A stretch of 64,000 nt of DNA from an uncultured archaeon (lineage in GTDB: Archaea > Iainarchaeota > Iainarchaeia > Iainarchaeales > CAZILS01), in contig CAZILS010000002.1 in NCBI GenBank assembly GCA_964540145.1, positions 61,601-125,600 on the forward strand, written 5' to 3'. The notes under the pieces were generated by a model. The model was not told the DNA's origin and did not search any database. It worked only from the letters and a program-made list of their open reading frames with translations. Both the position numbers and the translations under genes were made by a program. Shown piece after piece: positions 1 to 9,878 of this stretch; the stretch's first letter is position 1, and each line of letters opens with the position of its first letter.

Positions 1-12
1 CCTTACCACCCC

Positions 13-843
13 TTACCGCAGGTAATGCTTCTGCATAAGCAGGGCATCCTCCTCAATATTGGGGCTCTCGCAAATAACTGTTCCGGAGACCTTTTCCTCC
101 TTAAGCACATCAACAAGCTCTTTGTAATTGAAATCGCAATCCTTATCCTCAAAATCAAGGTGGTTCCTCTCCCCCTTAGGTCCGTAGTTAATCCCTGAAA
201 TGTGCATATGCAAATCCTTCAGAAAAGCCCTGTCCGCCTCCCCAATCCGCTTAACCACTTCCAAAAAATCCTTCTTCCCCTTCAGGCAGCCGTTGCACCT
301 TGCATGCAAATGCGAGAAATCCACGCAAGGAAAAACCGCCTTCAGTTCCTTGCTTAACCTCAACACTTCATCCAAATTCCCGAACTGCGTTCCTTTCCCT
401 GTTGTTTCCAAGCCAAGCCTTATCTTCACATTCTCGCTTTTCAGCTTGTCCTCTATGTTCTCCAAGGCTTCCTTGACATTCCCGTAAACCTCCTCCTTCT
501 CCATCCCAAGGTAAAACGCGGGATGGAAAACAACAATCTTCGCTCCCGCAATGCTTCCAATCCTCGCGCTTTGGATAATCCTGTGCTTGCTTGCGGCGAG
601 CTTCGCCTTCTCCTTCGCATTCAGGTTTATGAAATAAGGGGCATGCACACTCAGCACAATCCCGGACTTTTTCCGCGCATCATTGACCTTTTCGGCGGTT
701 TCCTCGCTCATATGCACCCCCCTGACAAACTCAAGCTCCATGCAACCTAAACCAAGTTCCTTAACCTTCTCAATGCCCTCAACCGAGCCCGGGCCCCGTG
801 CGCTGTGCGGAACTCCGGCTGTTCCGAAAAGAAGTTTTCTCAT
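13..843 (-). CDS. AP endonuclease family 2 / endonuclease IV-like TIM-barrel protein
   Basis: 276-aa ORF. Motifs VLSVHAPYFINL, IVVFHPAFY, LGLETTGK, VDFSHLHAR and LHMHISG resemble the metal-ligand blocks of the Nfo / xylose-isomerase-like fold. Confidence 0.65.
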   Translation of the reverse strand: MRKLLFGTAGVPHSARGPGSVEGIEKVKELGLGCMELEFVRGVHMSEETAEKVNDARKKSGIVLSVHAPYFINLNAKEKAKLAASKHRIIQSARIGSIAGAKIVVFHPAFYLGMEKEEVYGNVKEALENIEDKLKSENVKIRLGLETTGKGTQFGNLDEVLRLSKELKAVFPCVDFSHLHARCNGCLKGKKDFLEVVKRIGEADRAFLKDLHMHISGINYGPKGERNHLDFEDKDCDFNYKELVDVLKEEKVSGTVICESPNIEEDALLMQKHYLR

Positions 844-925
844 ATTGGAATTACGCTTTCCCGCTATTTAAACATTCACCCGGTTTCCGCATAGGTTTAA
901 TAGGATTTATCCGCACTCTCCTAAT

Positions 926-2050
926 ATGGCGAATTTGTTCAAGCAAAGCAGTGAGGGCTCAATCTTCCGCAACGAGAAATACCTCTATCCTGAATTTGTG
1001 CCGGAGAGCCTGCCCCACAGGAGCGCGGAAATCGACAATCTGGTTTACTCATTCAACCCCGTCCTTAGAGGCGGGAAACCCCACAATGTCTTTGTTTACG
1101 GCCCGCCCGGAACAGGAAAGACGGTCTGCGTTAAGCATGTGCTAAACCAGCTTGAGGAATATTCAGACCGCGCAAAAACCATTTACATCAACTGCTTCGA
1201 ATTCAACACCCGCTACGCTGTCCTCTCGAACATAGCAAACTTTTTGGGGTTCGCTGTTCCAAGGAGGGGCAGCGCTGTTGACGAGGTCTATTCCCGAATG
1301 CTGGAAGCATTGAAGAAAATTGATTTCACCCCTATTGTGATACTTGACGAGGTCGACCAGCTTGTGAACAAGGCGGAAACGTCAAAACTGCTTTACGATT
1401 TGCTCCGTGTTATAGAACACAAGGCAAGGCGGGTCGGGATAGTCGTAATCTCCAACGAAAGCTCGTTCGTTGTGAAATTGGACGACAGGGTGCGCAGTTC
1501 TTTGGGGGAGGAGGCGGTAATTTTTCTCCCCTACTCGCCGCAGCAGCTGAAGGACATCCTGAAGGAGAGGGCTGAGCAGGCATTTGTGCCGGATTCTTTG
1601 GGAAAGGAAGTCATAAATGTTGCGGCAGCCCACGGTGCGAAGAAAGGGGGAGACGCAAGGATTGCGCTCGAATGCCTATGGAAGGCGGGAAGGGAAGCCG
1701 AAAGGGAAGGCGCTTCCAAAGTTGAGCTCGCGCACCTAAACAAAGTGTTTGGAAAGATAGGGTCGGGAAGCGCGGTCAAGGCAATCAAGCACCTTAATGG
1801 CATCGAGAAAGAGCTTCTGAACATCATAATCCAAAAAGAGAAGATACGTTCAGGCGAACTCTATTCCGAGTTCGAGCAGAAAACGGGAAAGAAGCTTACT
1901 CCAAGAAGGCTGAGTGATATGGCGTCAAAGCTTGAGAAGAAAAACCTTGTTGTTGGAACAGTAATATCGCTTGGCAACCAGGGCAAGACAAGGGAGTTTG
2001 CACTCAACGTTCCAAAGAACCTTCTCATCGATGAGATGAAAAAAAATTAG
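926..2050 (+). CDS. cdc6: Orc1/Cdc6 replication initiator
   Basis: 374 aa. Walker A VYGPPGTGKT, Walker B IVILDEVDQL, AAA+ core followed by a C-terminal winged-helix-like region. N-terminus has the typical YLYPEFVPESLPHR. Confidence 0.9.
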   Translation: MANLFKQSSEGSIFRNEKYLYPEFVPESLPHRSAEIDNLVYSFNPVLRGGKPHNVFVYGPPGTGKTVCVKHVLNQLEEYSDRAKTIYINCFEFNTRYAVLSNIANFLGFAVPRRGSAVDEVYSRMLEALKKIDFTPIVILDEVDQLVNKAETSKLLYDLLRVIEHKARRVGIVVISNESSFVVKLDDRVRSSLGEEAVIFLPYSPQQLKDILKERAEQAFVPDSLGKEVINVAAAHGAKKGGDARIALECLWKAGREAEREGASKVELAHLNKVFGKIGSGSAVKAIKHLNGIEKELLNIIIQKEKIRSGELYSEFEQKTGKKLTPRRLSDMASKLEKKNLVVGTVISLGNQGKTREFALNVPKNLLIDEMKKN

Positions 2051-3159
2051 AGTATCCTGTCGAAGAGCCTGCCCATAAACTCCTCGTTTATTTCTGCGGG
2101 GTCTATGCCCTTAACCCGTTCCATACCAAACATGATGAACTCTTCTCTGTCTTCTTTCTTCGCGCCAAATCCGCCTATCTTTGCCTCAAGCCCGCACTTT
2201 TCCATAAGCCCGGTTATTCTCGCGGGCACTTCCTTTGAGGGAATTCCCATCGCTTTCGCTATCTTTTCCATTTGCCCCTTGGCCTCTTCCATGAAAAGCC
2301 CGGTTCCTGCCCCCGCAAGAATTCCCACAGCCTGCCCGTGCGGTATCCCGTATTTCCCCGTAAGGATATAGGAGAACGAGTGCAAAGAGGTTACGCCTGT
2401 TTCGCAGAACGCAAACCCGGCAAGGACACCCGCAAGCGACATCTTCTCCCTCAGGGCAATGTCATCCGGCTTCCCGCAAACCTTCTCCAGGTTTTCATTC
2501 ACAAGCCGTATCGCCTCAAGCGCAAGCGGCTCCGTAAGCGGCACAACCCTCTTGGTAAGGCACGCCTCAATCGCATGCGCCAGCACATCCATTCCCGTTA
2601 TTGCCGTCTGTTTCTTCGGCAGGCTTAAGGTAAGTTCAGGGTCAACCAGCGCAACATCGGGCCAGATATTCTCCGAACGGAAGGCCCTCTTAATCCCATC
2701 GTCCCCAGTAACAACAGTATACCCATTAACCTCGCTCGAAGTTCCGCTTGTGGAAGGAACCGCAACAAAAAGAGGAACCCTCTTCCCCGGGCTTTTCTTC
2801 CGCTCCATGAATTCTCTTATATCCGTACCGGGATTTGCCGCAACAGCTCCTATCGCCTTCGCACAGTCAATCGAGCTTCCCCCGCCAATCGCAACTATCG
2901 CGCCGCAATTGTTCTCCGCATATGCCTTCGCTCCCTTCATAACAGTTTCGGCCGAAGGGTTTGGCTCCACCCCGTCAAAAATGAAAACATTGCCGTTCAC
3001 AGCCTCGCTAACCCTGCCCAATGCGCCAATTTTCCTCATTGAGCTTCCGCCGGTAACCACGAAAACCTTTCCCTCGGCATCTTTAAGAACGCCCTTAAGC
3101 TTGCCCATCGAGCCGGGCCCGAAAATAAGCCTAACCTGATTCCTGTACTGAAACCCCAT
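2047..3159 (-). CDS. Iron-containing (group III) alcohol dehydrogenase
   Basis: 370 aa. AIGGGSSIDCAKAIG glycine-rich NAD motif and Fe-ADH-like His-rich C-terminal half (DVLAHAIE, HGQAVG). Confidence 0.8.
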   Translation of the reverse strand: MGFQYRNQVRLIFGPGSMGKLKGVLKDAEGKVFVVTGGSSMRKIGALGRVSEAVNGNVFIFDGVEPNPSAETVMKGAKAYAENNCGAIVAIGGGSSIDCAKAIGAVAANPGTDIREFMERKKSPGKRVPLFVAVPSTSGTSSEVNGYTVVTGDDGIKRAFRSENIWPDVALVDPELTLSLPKKQTAITGMDVLAHAIEACLTKRVVPLTEPLALEAIRLVNENLEKVCGKPDDIALREKMSLAGVLAGFAFCETGVTSLHSFSYILTGKYGIPHGQAVGILAGAGTGLFMEEAKGQMEKIAKAMGIPSKEVPARITGLMEKCGLEAKIGGFGAKKEDREEFIMFGMERVKGIDPAEINEEFMGRLFDRIL

Positions 3160-3217
3160 AACAAAAATTTATACCGAAAAATAATTAAATAACCTCTTCC
3201 AAATAGTATGTGATATT

Positions 3218-3556
3218 ATGGCAAAGAAAAAGAAAGCAGCAAAAAGCACCTCTGCAAAGGCGCTTCCAAAAATAAAGCCCGCAGTGCCGGACGAGGAAAT
3301 CGCCTACAGGATAGTAAAGCTCTATTTCGAGGAGGTGGCAAGGCTTGGTTTCAAGAGAACACTGAACCTCGACTCAATCCTCAATGCATACTTCTACAGC
3401 CTAAAGAGGCTGATGAACAAGGAGATAGAGCTCGCCACAATAGAGAAGATAGTTAAGGAAACAGAGGTCGAGCTTAAGACAGAGACGAAGGAGGAAATCC
3501 TCCCGCAGATGAAGCCGAAAGAGCCGATAGATATTCCGAAGCCTGTCCCTAAATAG
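3218..3556 (+). CDS. Small hypothetical protein with lysine-rich N-terminus
   Basis: 112-aa ORF starting MAKKKKAAKS, with a TATA-like AT-rich region upstream. I recognise no family. Confidence 0.4.
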   Translation: MAKKKKAAKSTSAKALPKIKPAVPDEEIAYRIVKLYFEEVARLGFKRTLNLDSILNAYFYSLKRLMNKEIELATIEKIVKETEVELKTETKEEILPQMKPKEPIDIPKPVPK

Positions 3557-3559
3557 GAA

Positions 3560-6500
3560 CTACTTCCCGAATATTTTCTCGAGGGCTCTTTTAGCGACCT
3601 TATCGCCGTAGCCCTCGGCTTTCATGGCCATCCTCATCTCTTCCCTGCTGAATTCACCCTTCCTTTTTCCCAGTATGTTTGCGAGCCTTCTCGCAGACGC
3701 CTCCTCAATTTCCGAAAAAGCGGATTTTGGTTTTTCAACAACCTTTTTTTCAGCCCTGCCTTTTTTCATCAGCTCCAGCCGCTTCCCGAAAAAACCAAGA
3801 AGAGCTCGCTTCCTCGGCTTCAGTTCCGAAACTTTCTTCCCGGTTATGTCCTTAAGCCTTGTCGGCTTATACCCGAGTTTCCTTTCTGCGGAATGGAGCT
3901 TCTGCTCGTACTCCAAAATATTCTTTTTGTACTCCTGCTCTGTCAGATGCCTCTTGAAATACTCGAACCTAAGTTTTCTCATAAGTTTCAAAGTTCCTGT
4001 CCTCTGAGTTTCAAGCGAACCCCGCTCGACAGCGTACTCCCTCCAGCGCAAATAACCAAAGTAGGAAACACCAAACACAACGAACATTACGACAACCGCA
4101 TAGACAATAAGCATCAGGTCGAACGGCTCCATTATTTCTGTCACAACACTAACCTCGTTTCCCCGGAAGTTCCCCCTGAGCTCTATGGCCATGACATGCT
4201 TTCCTATTCCCAAATCGTATCCCAAATCCGCAGTATACAAACCCGTCTGCCCATCCCGCACAAAGACTATCCCCTGCTCCGAGTTGTTGTCCTTAATGTA
4301 GGCGTCCACTTCCCCCGCCTCAAGTTTTTCACCATTGGGGTATCTCAGCTCAACAACAAGCCGGTTCGGGTTTACAATATCAAGTGTTGCCTCCCCTGCT
4401 CTAGGATAAAGGACATTGACATCAATAGCCCCCGTAAGCAAAACGTCCTCTATAACCTTGCTTGCGGAAAACTCTTCCCCTCCCGCCGAGGCACTCCCCC
4501 TAATCTCCAGCGTAAGCTCGTTCCTGTTCGAGTCTCTTGTCGGCATCCGGTAATCGAGGATATAATTTTCCCCGCCGGAAAGGTCTTTGGAAAACTCCCT
4601 GCCCTCGAGCAGCCCGGGAATGTTCAGCGTTATTTTTGTTCCTGCGGCAATCTTCTCTGCTTCCTTGCCTGAAACCGCAACCTCAAACCTCACATTCTGC
4701 CCAAACCCAAAAACCTTCCCTTTGCCCAAGTCGGGCCTAAGCAGCGATATCCCGAAAAGCGGGTTGTGCCCCGAGACCGGGAGCATAAACACCCCGCTGC
4801 CTTCATTCCCCCACCTGTCCTCGGCGGAAATAGTTACTTCGCACCCTATATCCCCCTCCCCCAAAACATAATCAATCTCCACGCAGAACTCCTCCTCGCC
4901 GGCATAAGGCATCCTGAATTTACCCCCTGTGCAGGAGAAAATCGCGCTCACCTCGGCATCGTTTTCAACAAACTCGGCATCAAGCGAACTGGCCCTTGTG
5001 CAAACCCTGCCTATTTTAGAGCCGACATACATTTCCCGCGCCCCGGAATCGAAAGGCGCCGCAATTTTCAGTTCCCCCGGGCGGAAGTGCACAAGCCTCA
5101 GGGCATTGTTCTCAATTAAAACACCGTCAATCTCCGCCTCAACGAAAGCGTAAACCGAGGAAACCTTCTTGTCCGTGAAAGAAGACTCATAGCTTGCGCT
5201 GTAAATCCCCTCGGCTTCCTTCCTGCTCCTTAGCGCCTCCCCCTCGAAACTTATCTCAACGCTTTCAACATCCGCCATAGGCAGGCCATAAATGTCCCTA
5301 ACCTCCAAAAGAATCTCAATCTCTTCCCCCTTCTTGAAAACAGTGTCCTCGGCAGGCATCACAAAGTTTATATTAAACATGGGCTGTTCGACAGTAATTT
5401 CCAGTGTCTTGCCCGCACTGTTCTCGCCGTCGGAAACCTCAAGCGTTACAAAATACTCTTTCTTCACATCCCCTGCCGGCAGTTTGTAATTATGCTCAAC
5501 CTCATCCAAATCAATTCCTTCATCGGTTTCGCCATCCCCAAAAAACCATTTGTAAGTGAGCTCATCCCCGTCGGGATCGTAGGCATAGGCATCGAACGAA
5601 ACACTGTCTCCATTATTTATCCTGCCGGCGTTGGATGAAAAGCTCTCGATAACCGGCGCCTTATTCTCGCTTACAGAACCGCTCCCCGGGGTTGCGCCCA
5701 CAGTGCCGCTTTTGACAGATTCATTTCCCGCGCCATCAACCGCACTAACCGCATAGTAGTAGGTTGTGCCGTTGCTCAAGCCATTGTCCGTGTAAGTTGT
5801 GTTCCCTGTGCCTCGCAAAAAACTGCCGTTCCTGTAAACCCTGTAATTGGCAATCCCGCTCTCATCAGTGCTCGCGTTCCAGCCGAGCTTAACAAATTCA
5901 TCTCCCGCAACCGCGCCAAGCCCTGTGGGTGCGGGAGGCGCGGTTGTGTCCTGTTTTTCCGGCTCTTCAGGAGGGGGCGGCTGCACAGTTTCCGTAACTT
6001 TCTTCACATAAATCTTTCCGGAAGTAAGCCTCCCGACATCGTCATAAACCTTGATATAAATTTTATTGTTCCCCTCCTGCAAAGCATCCCAATTAACGGC
6101 CCAATTGCCGTCATAAACCTTTCCCTGCCACCCTTGGAAGATAGTTCCGGTGTAAGAGGGGCTTTCATCATCCTCGACAAGATAATACGCCCTGTCCAAA
6201 TCAAGGTCGTCGGTGAAACTTACATCAATTGCCTTCCCCGGGTCTTCGCCGAACTCATATTTGCTTTGGCCCCCGGCAATCTTGGGGGCGTAAACATCAA
6301 ACTCATCATTCTCAACCACGAAGGAAATTTTATCGGTCTCGAAGCAGTGGCTGGTCCTCATGGAAGCATAATTCATTGCCGTAACAACAGAATCGCAGGC
6401 AAGCGCATACGCCTCATAGCCCCCGTTTCCATTTGCAGCCTTCCTCGAGTCCCAAACAAGCCCCCAGCCGTCTTCCCTCTCGAGGTCGTGCCCCATCAAA

Positions 6501-7117
6501 TATTCCCCTGTTAGGTTGAGCTGCTTGTAAAGGAAAATAACGCTGTGGGGTATCCCGTTTTCTTCGGCTGTGGAAAACTCGGCCTTCCCTGTAACAGCCT
6601 GCCCTTGCCCCACCTCAAGGCTCCTGATTACGGGAGGATAGACGCTTGTGGTTGAGCCCCTCGAGAGTTTCGCCCCAATCGGGGTTCCGCTCTCCGTGCT
6701 CCTGTAAAAGGTTGTGGTCCACTGGTCGCTCTCCGCAAGGTTCGACGTCTGCGTTGTTGCGTCAAAAACAATGCCGATATATTGCACGCCTGTAAACGGC
6801 GGAACCACTATATTCCCGTACGCATCATAACTGTGCCCGATTTCCACGCCCTCCGGCACGGTTTCAATCATTATCGCATCAATGCTATAGTCCTTTGTTG
6901 CCCCTTTAACCGGCCCGGAAAAAACATCTATTGTGTAATAGTATGAGGGTTCAAGGTTTGAGTATTTTGCGGTGAATCTCCAGGTTTCGGGGTGCTCGCT
7001 TGTCGAGTAATGCCTTTCAAGCTCCCCCGTAACCCGGAAGCCGGGCTCTGTTGACAGGGCCTCCCCCATGAAGACAAGCGCAATGAACAGGCAAACCAAA
7101 CCCGTGTGGCGTAACAT
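3560..7117 (-). CDS. Large surface protein: signal peptide, FN3-like and PKD-like domains, one C-terminal TM helix, basic cytoplasmic tail
   Basis: 1185 aa. N-terminal hydrophobic signal (LVCLFIALVFMGEALS). FN3-like segment (YRVYRNGSF...TTYYYAVSAVDGAGNES). PKD-like segment (YDPDGDELTYKWFFGDGE...VTLEVSDG). TM helix LMLIVYAVVVMFVVFGVSYFGYL. About 180 aa of K/R/E-rich tail. Confidence 0.75.
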   Translation of the reverse strand: MLRHTGLVCLFIALVFMGEALSTEPGFRVTGELERHYSTSEHPETWRFTAKYSNLEPSYYYTIDVFSGPVKGATKDYSIDAIMIETVPEGVEIGHSYDAYGNIVVPPFTGVQYIGIVFDATTQTSNLAESDQWTTTFYRSTESGTPIGAKLSRGSTTSVYPPVIRSLEVGQGQAVTGKAEFSTAEENGIPHSVIFLYKQLNLTGEYLMGHDLEREDGWGLVWDSRKAANGNGGYEAYALACDSVVTAMNYASMRTSHCFETDKISFVVENDEFDVYAPKIAGGQSKYEFGEDPGKAIDVSFTDDLDLDRAYYLVEDDESPSYTGTIFQGWQGKVYDGNWAVNWDALQEGNNKIYIKVYDDVGRLTSGKIYVKKVTETVQPPPPEEPEKQDTTAPPAPTGLGAVAGDEFVKLGWNASTDESGIANYRVYRNGSFLRGTGNTTYTDNGLSNGTTYYYAVSAVDGAGNESVKSGTVGATPGSGSVSENKAPVIESFSSNAGRINNGDSVSFDAYAYDPDGDELTYKWFFGDGETDEGIDLDEVEHNYKLPAGDVKKEYFVTLEVSDGENSAGKTLEITVEQPMFNINFVMPAEDTVFKKGEEIEILLEVRDIYGLPMADVESVEISFEGEALRSRKEAEGIYSASYESSFTDKKVSSVYAFVEAEIDGVLIENNALRLVHFRPGELKIAAPFDSGAREMYVGSKIGRVCTRASSLDAEFVENDAEVSAIFSCTGGKFRMPYAGEEEFCVEIDYVLGEGDIGCEVTISAEDRWGNEGSGVFMLPVSGHNPLFGISLLRPDLGKGKVFGFGQNVRFEVAVSGKEAEKIAAGTKITLNIPGLLEGREFSKDLSGGENYILDYRMPTRDSNRNELTLEIRGSASAGGEEFSASKVIEDVLLTGAIDVNVLYPRAGEATLDIVNPNRLVVELRYPNGEKLEAGEVDAYIKDNNSEQGIVFVRDGQTGLYTADLGYDLGIGKHVMAIELRGNFRGNEVSVVTEIMEPFDLMLIVYAVVVMFVVFGVSYFGYLRWREYAVERGSLETQRTGTLKLMRKLRFEYFKRHLTEQEYKKNILEYEQKLHSAERKLGYKPTRLKDITGKKVSELKPRKRALLGFFGKRLELMKKGRAEKKVVEKPKSAFSEIEEASARRLANILGKRKGEFSREEMRMAMKAEGYGDKVAKRALEKIFGK

Positions 7118-7164
7118 GCTAATTACAATACGGTTTCTTATATTAAAAGCTAATATTCCCTAAA

Positions 7165-8358
7165 TCAATTGCTGAGCTGTATCTTAACAACATCTTTGTC
7201 CTTGAGCTCATGTTCCTTTCCTATCTTCTGCCCTGTCCTGCAGTCAACCGCGGCAATAAACCTCTTCACAAAATCGGTGTGTACCGCCCCCGCCAGGTCG
7301 ATTGCAGTCGAGCCCTTCCTAACCAAATAAGCATCGGGCAGGACATTCCCCTTCCCGGAAACCCATTTGTTAGCGTCCTGCACAGGGTAAACAACAATCT
7401 GCCCGAGCAAATCAAACGCAGTTTTGTTTATGGCTTCCTGAACGCCTGTTCCGCCATAAACATTCAATATGTTTTCCCGGATAAAGTCCAAACCCTTTTT
7501 TTGTTTCTCGCCTAAGTTTCCCGTAATCTCAAAGTCCTTTTTCCCGGGAACATATTTTATCGCGCCGGCCCTGTCCGCCCTCCTCAATGCAAGTTCCGCT
7601 TCCGCACAGCACGCAACAAAAATATGCCCGGGAAATTCCTTAACAAGCCTGTCAAAGTTTTCCTTTCCCCCTTCTTTGTCAATCTTGTTCGCCGCAATGA
7701 GGACAGGCTTCCCTTTGCCCCTCACCTCCCCGGCAAACCTAAGCATTTCCTCACTGCCCCATTCATCGGGCCTATCGGAAAAACCGCCCCTTTTCAAAAC
7801 AGAAACAACATCCTCCTCGCCTATCCCCAGGCCGCTCAACTGCGCAGCCAGCCCTGCCGAAGGCCCCTTTTCATCGAGCGCAGCCTGTTTGCTTACCTTG
7901 TTCCAGTTCTTCTCAAGTATGCCCTTTATCCACCAAGCGGTCTCCTCCTCAAGGAACCTCACGTCCTGCGCAATATCATAATCCCCCCGCCTGGCAGGAT
8001 TCCCCTCGGCGTCTGTTGTCCCGCTCACATCAAGCACATGGATAAGCGCCTTAGCCTGCATCAAATCGTTCATGAACCGGTTTCCCAAACCCTTGCCCTC
8101 GTGCGCCCCCGGTATAAGGCCTGCAACGTCAAGCATGCTCACAGGAATAAGCCTAACCCCGTTCACGCACCTGCTGTTCACAGGGTCGCATTTCTCAAAT
8201 TTTTCGCTGTGCGGGCATTTTGAGGTAACATAGCCCGTGCCCTGGTTCGGCTTTATTGTGACAAATGCCCTGTTCCCTATCTCCGCATCAACAAGAGTAG
8301 CTGCGCTGAAGAATGTGCTTTTGCCAGTATTTGTCTTTCCAACAATTCCCATCTGCAT
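7165..8358 (-). CDS. Obg-family P-loop GTPase/ATPase (YchF/DRG-like) with TGS-like C-terminus
   Basis: 397 aa. G1 motif GIVGKTNTGKSTFF, G3-like LDVAGL, NKID G4 motif. Confidence 0.8.
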   Translation of the reverse strand: MQMGIVGKTNTGKSTFFSAATLVDAEIGNRAFVTIKPNQGTGYVTSKCPHSEKFEKCDPVNSRCVNGVRLIPVSMLDVAGLIPGAHEGKGLGNRFMNDLMQAKALIHVLDVSGTTDAEGNPARRGDYDIAQDVRFLEEETAWWIKGILEKNWNKVSKQAALDEKGPSAGLAAQLSGLGIGEEDVVSVLKRGGFSDRPDEWGSEEMLRFAGEVRGKGKPVLIAANKIDKEGGKENFDRLVKEFPGHIFVACCAEAELALRRADRAGAIKYVPGKKDFEITGNLGEKQKKGLDFIRENILNVYGGTGVQEAINKTAFDLLGQIVVYPVQDANKWVSGKGNVLPDAYLVRKGSTAIDLAGAVHTDFVKRFIAAVDCRTGQKIGKEHELKDKDVVKIQLSN

Positions 8359-8440
8359 GCATTAATTATCCTGCGAAAACCGTTAAAAGTGTTGGCAAGC
8401 CAAGGCAACAAATATAACAACTTTCCCGCTATTTTCTACC

Positions 8441-9877
8441 ATGCGCAGTGCCGATGTGTGGACCGAGAAGCACTCCCCCCGGGGGCTGGACAGCTTTGTC
8501 GGCAACCCCGAAGCTGTTGACTTCGCCGCAAAGTGGGCAAAGGCTTGGGCCGACGGGAAGCGGCAGCAGCCAATCATGCTGTTCGGCCAGACAGGAACCG
8601 GAAAGACCTGCCTGGCCCATCTTCTCGCGAAGGAGAACGGCTGGCAGCTTTTTGAGATTAACGCAAGCGATTTCCGCACAAAGGACATGGTTGAAAAGCT
8701 GGCGGGGGCAGCCTCCCAGAACGCCTCCTTTTCGGGCAAGCCGCGCCTCGTCCTGATTGATGAGGTTGACGGCATTTCGGGAACAAAGGAGCGGGGAGGG
8801 GTGGCTGCGGTTGCCCAGGTTGTCAAGGCATCGCAAAACCCGGTCATTTTGACCGCTAATGAGTTCTATGGCTCAAAGAAGTTAACCCCGCTCAGGAGCC
8901 ATGTCAAACCCCTTGAGTTCAAGAAGATAAACTACCTCTCGATTGCGAAGCGCCTCAGGGAAATTCTCGCCTCCGAAAACACAGAGTTCGACCCCGAGGC
9001 GGTGAAGCTACTGGCAAAGGGGTCGGGGGGGGATTTCAGGGGCGCCCTTTTGGACCTCCAGGCACTTTCCACAGGAGAGAAGATAACACAGGAAGCCGTT
9101 GAGAGGCTCGGCTACCGCGAGCGCCGGGAAAAGATATTCAAGGTTTTAGGCTCTATTTTCCATGGAACCGACATCAGGGAAATACGAAGAAGCAAGGCGG
9201 CAAGCGATGTAGGCAATGACCTCCTCAAACGCTGGATAGAGGAGAACATCCCGAGGCAGTACACCGAGGGGGAGGACATAGCAAACGCATTCGAGCGCTT
9301 TTCCAAGGCGGACATTTACGACGGCAGGATTTTCAGGAGGCAGCACTACGGCTTCCTCCGCTATTCGGGGGACTTGATGAGTGCGGGTGTCGCCCTTTCA
9401 AGAAAGAACAATTACGGATGGAGCATGTACCAATTCCCAACACTCCTTTCAAAACTTTCAAGGAGCTCCTCGCTGCGCGCAATGAAGAAGGAGATCGGCC
9501 TAAAAGTAGGAAAGAAAACCCACAGCTCCGCAAAGGACATAATCTCCCATGATTTAGAATACCTGAAAATCATGATGAAAGACAAAAACTACGCAACTGG
9601 TTTTACGGCCCAATTTGAGTTCAATGACAAAGAAATTGCATACCTCCTGAACACAAAGCCGACAACACAAAAAGTCAAGAAGATTATTGCCGAGGCTGAA
9701 ACCCTTAGAAAGGAACACCTCATTGAAAAAAGAAAAAAATTCGGGGTTTTTTCGGTTTTCTCCGAAAGTGAAACCCCCGGGCAGGAAATCCAAGAGGCTC
9801 CCCCCGAAGATGAAGAAGAGCAAAAACAAACAGAACCGGAAAAAACCCCAAGCCAGACAACACTTTTCGGGCACTAG
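8441..9877 (+). CDS. rfcL: Replication factor C large subunit
   Basis: 478 aa. VWTEKHSPRGLDSFVGN start, Walker A LFGQTGTGKTCLA, EINASDFRT, Walker B LVLIDEVDGI. Acidic C-terminal tail ending in the PIP-like SQTTLFGH. Confidence 0.85.
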   Translation: MRSADVWTEKHSPRGLDSFVGNPEAVDFAAKWAKAWADGKRQQPIMLFGQTGTGKTCLAHLLAKENGWQLFEINASDFRTKDMVEKLAGAASQNASFSGKPRLVLIDEVDGISGTKERGGVAAVAQVVKASQNPVILTANEFYGSKKLTPLRSHVKPLEFKKINYLSIAKRLREILASENTEFDPEAVKLLAKGSGGDFRGALLDLQALSTGEKITQEAVERLGYRERREKIFKVLGSIFHGTDIREIRRSKAASDVGNDLLKRWIEENIPRQYTEGEDIANAFERFSKADIYDGRIFRRQHYGFLRYSGDLMSAGVALSRKNNYGWSMYQFPTLLSKLSRSSSLRAMKKEIGLKVGKKTHSSAKDIISHDLEYLKIMMKDKNYATGFTAQFEFNDKEIAYLLNTKPTTQKVKKIIAEAETLRKEHLIEKRKKFGVFSVFSESETPGQEIQEAPPEDEEEQKQTEPEKTPSQTTLFGH

Positions 9878-9878
9878 C

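Noticed and set aside
844-925. Possible replication origin next to orc1/cdc6
   Set aside because: The spacer is only 82 nt. It holds a TATTTAAA-type promoter box and three loose TTYCCGC motifs. There are no recognisable ORB or mini-ORB inverted repeats and no extended AT-rich unwinding element. On the downstream side the gene overlaps the ADH gene. An origin may lie elsewhere.
8383-8847. Two overlapping minus-strand ORFs (154 and 135 aa) at the 5' end of rfcL
   Set aside because: They are antisense to the conserved AAA+ region of RFC-L, and their R/P/C-rich composition marks them as shadows.
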